Source: a virus
DNA length: 64,000 nt
IMG/VR virus record: IMGVR_UViG_3300029891_000001
Location: 47,439-111,438 of that record
Reading direction: 5' to 3' (one strand)
The notes beneath the pieces were generated by a model. It was not told the origin of the DNA. It saw only the letters and a list, made by a program, of their open reading frames with translations, and did no database searches. Below are positions 61,133 to 64,000 of this stretch, one piece after another. Numbering within the stretch: the stretch's first letter is position 1; every line of letters begins with the position of its first letter. The position numbers and the translations under genes were made by a program.

Positions 61133-61861
61133 ATGTCAAATAATAACATAATCAAAAAAATCGAGAAAATCGAGAAAAAAGACTCTTTACTCGATGTTCT
61201 TGAAACTGAAAATACAGTTTCAAAAAAAACTGAAAAAACTGATAAGACTGTTGAAAAAATAGCAGTTGAAGCAGTTAAATCAGTTAAGACAAGCCCCAAA
61301 AAAGCAAAAAAAGCTAAAAAAGCTCGCAAGCTCGAAACGAAAAACGCAATAAAAAGAGAAGCGAAAAAAGCTAAAAAAGCTAAAATCGTTTTGAAACCCC
61401 AGATTGATAAGCGGGTCATCGAGAATAAGGGTAAATATTTGGGCAAACAGAAAAGCTCCCGATCTGTGATAGTTTGCAAGAAACTTTTAAGAAGTATCGA
61501 CGGGAACTTCGTGAATCTCACACAAATTCTCAAAGCCCTTAATTCAATAGGGGTTAAATGCGAGCTTGGGGATTTAAAGACTTCGAGCAAACTGGGGTGC
61601 TTTATACGCAACGCTTACTATTCTGACTATGCGGGATTACTTCATACAGGGCTTAAAAAAGAGAAAGACGGGACAGTAAGCATCTTTTGTCATAGTGACA
61701 AGTCAGACATAGTGCCCGTCGGGTATCCCACTTCATCGGGGAACGTGAGAATTACTTTCGATCCCGAAACGGGATATCGAAAAGTCAGTAAAAGAATGAA
61801 AGAAAAATTGACTAAAGATGACATCTCAGAAATGAAAGAAGTCTTTAGTCAATATATATAA
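61133..61861 (+). CDS. Early protein with Lys/Ala-rich N-terminus, paralog of 62936..63523
   Basis: KKAKKAKKA repeats; shared RVxENxGK, RNxxY..YA.L..TGL, DK..IVP.G and GY.KV.K motifs. Confidence 0.75.
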   Translation: MSNNNIIKKIEKIEKKDSLLDVLETENTVSKKTEKTDKTVEKIAVEAVKSVKTSPKKAKKAKKARKLETKNAIKREAKKAKKAKIVLKPQIDKRVIENKGKYLGKQKSSRSVIVCKKLLRSIDGNFVNLTQILKALNSIGVKCELGDLKTSSKLGCFIRNAYYSDYAGLLHTGLKKEKDGTVSIFCHSDKSDIVPVGYPTSSGNVRITFDPETGYRKVSKRMKEKLTKDDISEMKEVFSQYI

Positions 61862-61870
61862 TACTTAACA

Positions 61871-61893
61871 GGGCAGGGGTTAAACCCCTGCCC
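61871..61893 (+). terminator. Stem-loop/terminator
   Basis: GGGCAGGGGT-TAA-ACCCCTGCCC. Confidence 0.65.
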
Positions 61894-61914
61894 GATTTGA
61901 AGAAGGGAATTGTT

Positions 61915-62082
61915 ATGACAGCAATACATAAGAGTAAACTGATTAAGCTTTTGAAGTTAGCAGAGAAACATTTCAAAAGCATTGATGCGGGAATAGTAAT
62001 GAAATTAGGGGCAAGACTGGGAATCTCGAACGATGAAAGTATTAAAATCGCGAAAGAAATTCATTTCAATTATAAAAAATAA
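61915..62082 (+). CDS. Small basic early protein
   Basis: AAGGGAA RBS before ATG 61915 (MTAIHKSKL...). Confidence 0.6.
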   Translation: MTAIHKSKLIKLLKLAEKHFKSIDAGIVMKLGARLGISNDESIKIAKEIHFNYKK

Positions 62083-62090
62083 CATTTAAC

Positions 62091-62123
62091 ACAGGGAATA
62101 AATAAATTATTCCCTGTTTTTTT
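62091..62123 (+). terminator. Intrinsic terminator
   Basis: ACAGGGAATA-N7-TATTCCCTGT followed by a T tract. Confidence 0.75.
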
Positions 62124-62348
62124 ATTTAAAAATTTACGAATACCTTAGGTTTGATTCAGTTGCGATTACCCCTCCTATGGCTATAAAAATAGCAGTGGTT
62201 CTTCTTTACGAGTACCATATTAACGGTTGAAAATAGCTATGGTTAGGTTTATAATAATTAAGTACCATATTAGCGGCATGAAATAGCTGTAGTATTATAA
62301 AGAAATGGAAGTAGTGGCAGGTTAAAACAAAATAACCTAAAATAATAC

Positions 62349-62377
62349 TTGATAAACCATTGAGATTTGACGATATT
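62349..62377 (+). promoter_or_regulatory. sigma70-like promoter
   Basis: TTGATA-N17-GATATT upstream of two small ORFs. Confidence 0.4.
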
Positions 62378-62414
62378 ATACTGTGAACAAAAACTTTAAA
62401 CGAAGGGAATTATT

Positions 62415-62468
62415 ATGTGGGAAGAACGAATCATTTCTATGATTCAAAACAAAATCAGATTACCATAA
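62415..62468 (+). CDS. 17-aa peptide
   Basis: AAGGGAA RBS; MWEERIISMIQNKIRLP. Its start (ATTATGTGGGAAGA) is repeated inside the next ORF. Confidence 0.3.
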   Translation: MWEERIISMIQNKIRLP

Positions 62469-62484
62469 TTAAAAAGGGAACAAT

Positions 62485-62643
62485 ATGACTGACCAAGAAT
62501 TCTATGAATTCGAGATTATGTGGGAAGAGTTTCTTGCCACTCAAAAAAAATTAACAGACGTTGTTGTGATAGCGACTCTCCTCCTTGGAACTTTAGTTCT
62601 CTTTTCTTTTGGGATTGGGATCGTGTATTTGGTGACATTTTAA
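62485..62643 (+). CDS. 52-aa membrane-anchored early protein
   Basis: AAGGGAA RBS; MTDQEFYEFEIMWEEFLATQKKLTDVVVIATLLLGTLVLFSFGIGIVYLVTF. Confidence 0.55.
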   Translation: MTDQEFYEFEIMWEEFLATQKKLTDVVVIATLLLGTLVLFSFGIGIVYLVTF

Positions 62644-62654
62644 TTCCCTTCAAA

Positions 62655-62688
62655 AAGAGCTGCCCAGATGGACAGTTCTTATTTTTTT
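62655..62688 (+). terminator. Intrinsic terminator
   Basis: AAGAGCTGCCC-AGAT-GGACAGTTCTT (imperfect stem) followed by a T tract. Confidence 0.5.
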
Positions 62689-62738
62689 AAAATAAGTGGT
62701 TCTTATTTTTTTAAAATAAGTGGTTCTTATTTTTTTTT
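62675..62738. repeat. 24-bp direct repeat (2 full + 1 partial)
   Basis: GTTCTTATTTTTTTAAAATAAGTG. Confidence 0.85.
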
Positions 62739-62849
62739 ATGAATACCTTGGCAAATAATCTTTTCTTTAAAAGACAAACTAATCTTTGCGAAGATTAAAT
62801 ACCCTCCAAAGTTTCTCCTTGATAGCAAAAGATAAACCAAAGTTTATCC

Positions 62850-62878
62850 TTGACAACCTTAAAGTTGTTTTATATATT
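62850..62878 (+). promoter_or_regulatory. Strong sigma70-like promoter
   Basis: TTGACA-N17-TATATT; palindrome TGTAGCA-ATTA-TGCTACA just downstream. Confidence 0.7.
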
Positions 62879-62935
62879 ATTTATATAAAGAATGTAGCAA
62901 TTATGCTACAAGACACACTAACTTAAGAGGTTGTT

Positions 62936-63523
62936 ATGAAAGCAAAAGTCGTCAAAGCCGCAAAGTCAGCTAAAAAAGCTGAGAAAGGCATAGACTTAAA
63001 AAAGTCTATGAAAAGCATAGACTTAAAAAAGTCTATGAAAGCGAAACAAGCACCGAAGATCAGTTTAATCGTCGATGCCAGAGTTAAAGAAAATGAGGGC
63101 AAGTTCGTCTTCTCCAAGAAACTCAAGAAACCTGCCCAACATGCGCTAACTATCTGTCAGGCAATTAAATCGGACGTAATAACACTTGATCATTTAATAG
63201 CTTTCTTTAAAGACAATGGGATCAAGATAGAAGCTACAGACATGTTAACTAAGAACCCCATCGGGCGAAAGGTTAGAAATATGTTTTATGGTCTCTATGC
63301 GTCATTAATCTTAACCGGATTAACTGAGAAGGGAATCTCAAAGTTCGCCACAGCCGACAAGAAATACATTGTCCCTTATGGCCCCGAATCTGCTTCCAAG
63401 AGAATCAGAATAAACTTGAGCAACGATAGCGGTTACAAGAAAGTAGCCAAGATCACTAAAGAGACGCCCACATCTGAAGCCGTTAAAGAAGCTGTCTCTT
63501 ATTCCATCAGCGAAGCTGCCTGA
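62936..63523 (+). CDS. Early protein with Lys/Ala-rich N-terminus, paralog of 61133..61861
   Basis: GAGG RBS; homologous C-terminal domain. Confidence 0.75.
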   Translation: MKAKVVKAAKSAKKAEKGIDLKKSMKSIDLKKSMKAKQAPKISLIVDARVKENEGKFVFSKKLKKPAQHALTICQAIKSDVITLDHLIAFFKDNGIKIEATDMLTKNPIGRKVRNMFYGLYASLILTGLTEKGISKFATADKKYIVPYGPESASKRIRINLSNDSGYKKVAKITKETPTSEAVKEAVSYSISEAA

Positions 63524-63531
63524 TCTAATTG

Positions 63532-63581
63532 GGGGTAGAATAACTATATAATTCGGCCATAGAATCTCTACCCCTATTTTT
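63532..63581 (+). terminator. Long-loop hairpin with T tract
   Basis: GGGGTAGA...TCTACCCC-TATTTTT. Confidence 0.4.
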
Positions 63582-63803
63582 ATGGCTATTTACGAGCCTT
63601 TGGACTAATACAAGTTCTATTATTATAGAGGTATCAAATAGCTGTGGCTGTAAAGACTTAATAATCTCACAGATAGCTGTAGAGAATAAGTATTATATCT
63701 CTATAAATTGGGTATAAATTTGCGGCTAAGGAATATTTGAATTGCTAAATCTCTTTATTATCAGTATAGACATTATATAAAGGGGCTATAGAACAGTATA
63801 AAT

Positions 63804-63857
63804 CGACCATAGAGTTGCTATGGACGACCATAGAATTGCTATGGACGACCATAGAAT
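63804..63857. repeat. 21-bp tandem repeat with internal palindrome
   Basis: CGACCATAGA(G/A)TTGCTATGGA x2.6; each full unit has CCATAG-N5-CTATGG. Confidence 0.85.
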
Positions 63858-64000
63858 AGTAGATGTTTGCAAATATTCGACAGAAATTCGTTGGTATCTG
63901 CTTAAGTCATATGGCAGTAAATTGTTGAGGCTGAGAGATATGATGCCAAAGTTTATTATTTTTGATCGGGAGTGACTATACTTTCATAACCATTTTATCT

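Noticed and set aside
60596-62142. Explaining the island by codon bias, NGG PAM avoidance or CCA phosphorothioate-site avoidance
   Set aside because: The rule also holds in non-coding DNA and across codon boundaries. NGG and CCA remain present inside GGG and CCCA, so those simple motifs are not what is avoided.
61108-63126. Minus-strand ORFs 61108..61611 and 62923..63126
   Set aside because: They are antisense mirrors of the Lys/Ala-rich plus-strand genes, which have the RBSs, promoters and terminators.

Overview
This window is a contiguous, AT-rich segment of a large tailed dsDNA bacteriophage, probably siphovirus-like. There is no rRNA, tRNA, CRISPR array or integrase. Almost everything from 1 to 59955 is on the minus strand. 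In transcription order it holds: small accessory genes (Zn fingers, secreted Fn3-like protein, EF-hand/dockerin-like protein, outer-membrane barrel); a 9-gene glycosylation cluster (6 glycosyltransferases, 2 DegT-family PLP enzymes, an acetyltransferase); nucleotide-metabolism and replication genes (class II RNR, dNMP kinase, MazG, HD protein, beta clamp) and a sigma factor; then the morphogenesis operon (terminase, portal, protease/scaffold, capsid, 2107-aa fibre, neck, tail tube, chaperones, tape measure, tail tip). A higher-GC cassette of two signal-peptide proteins sits between duplicated distal-tail-like genes. After a repeat-rich non-coding zone (59.3-60.7 kb) transcription switches to the plus strand, in small early-type cassettes with sigma70-like promoters. 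The most striking observation is at 60596-62142, which contains no isolated GG or CC on either strand: all ~42 G/C runs of 2 or more are 3 or longer, across codons, RBSs and terminators. This points to strong DNA-level selection against an HGGH/DCCD motif in the presumed first-expressed or first-injected DNA. Protein motifs suggest an FCB-group (Zixibacteria-like) host, which is an inference. All calls come from reading the sequence by eye; no database searches were run.
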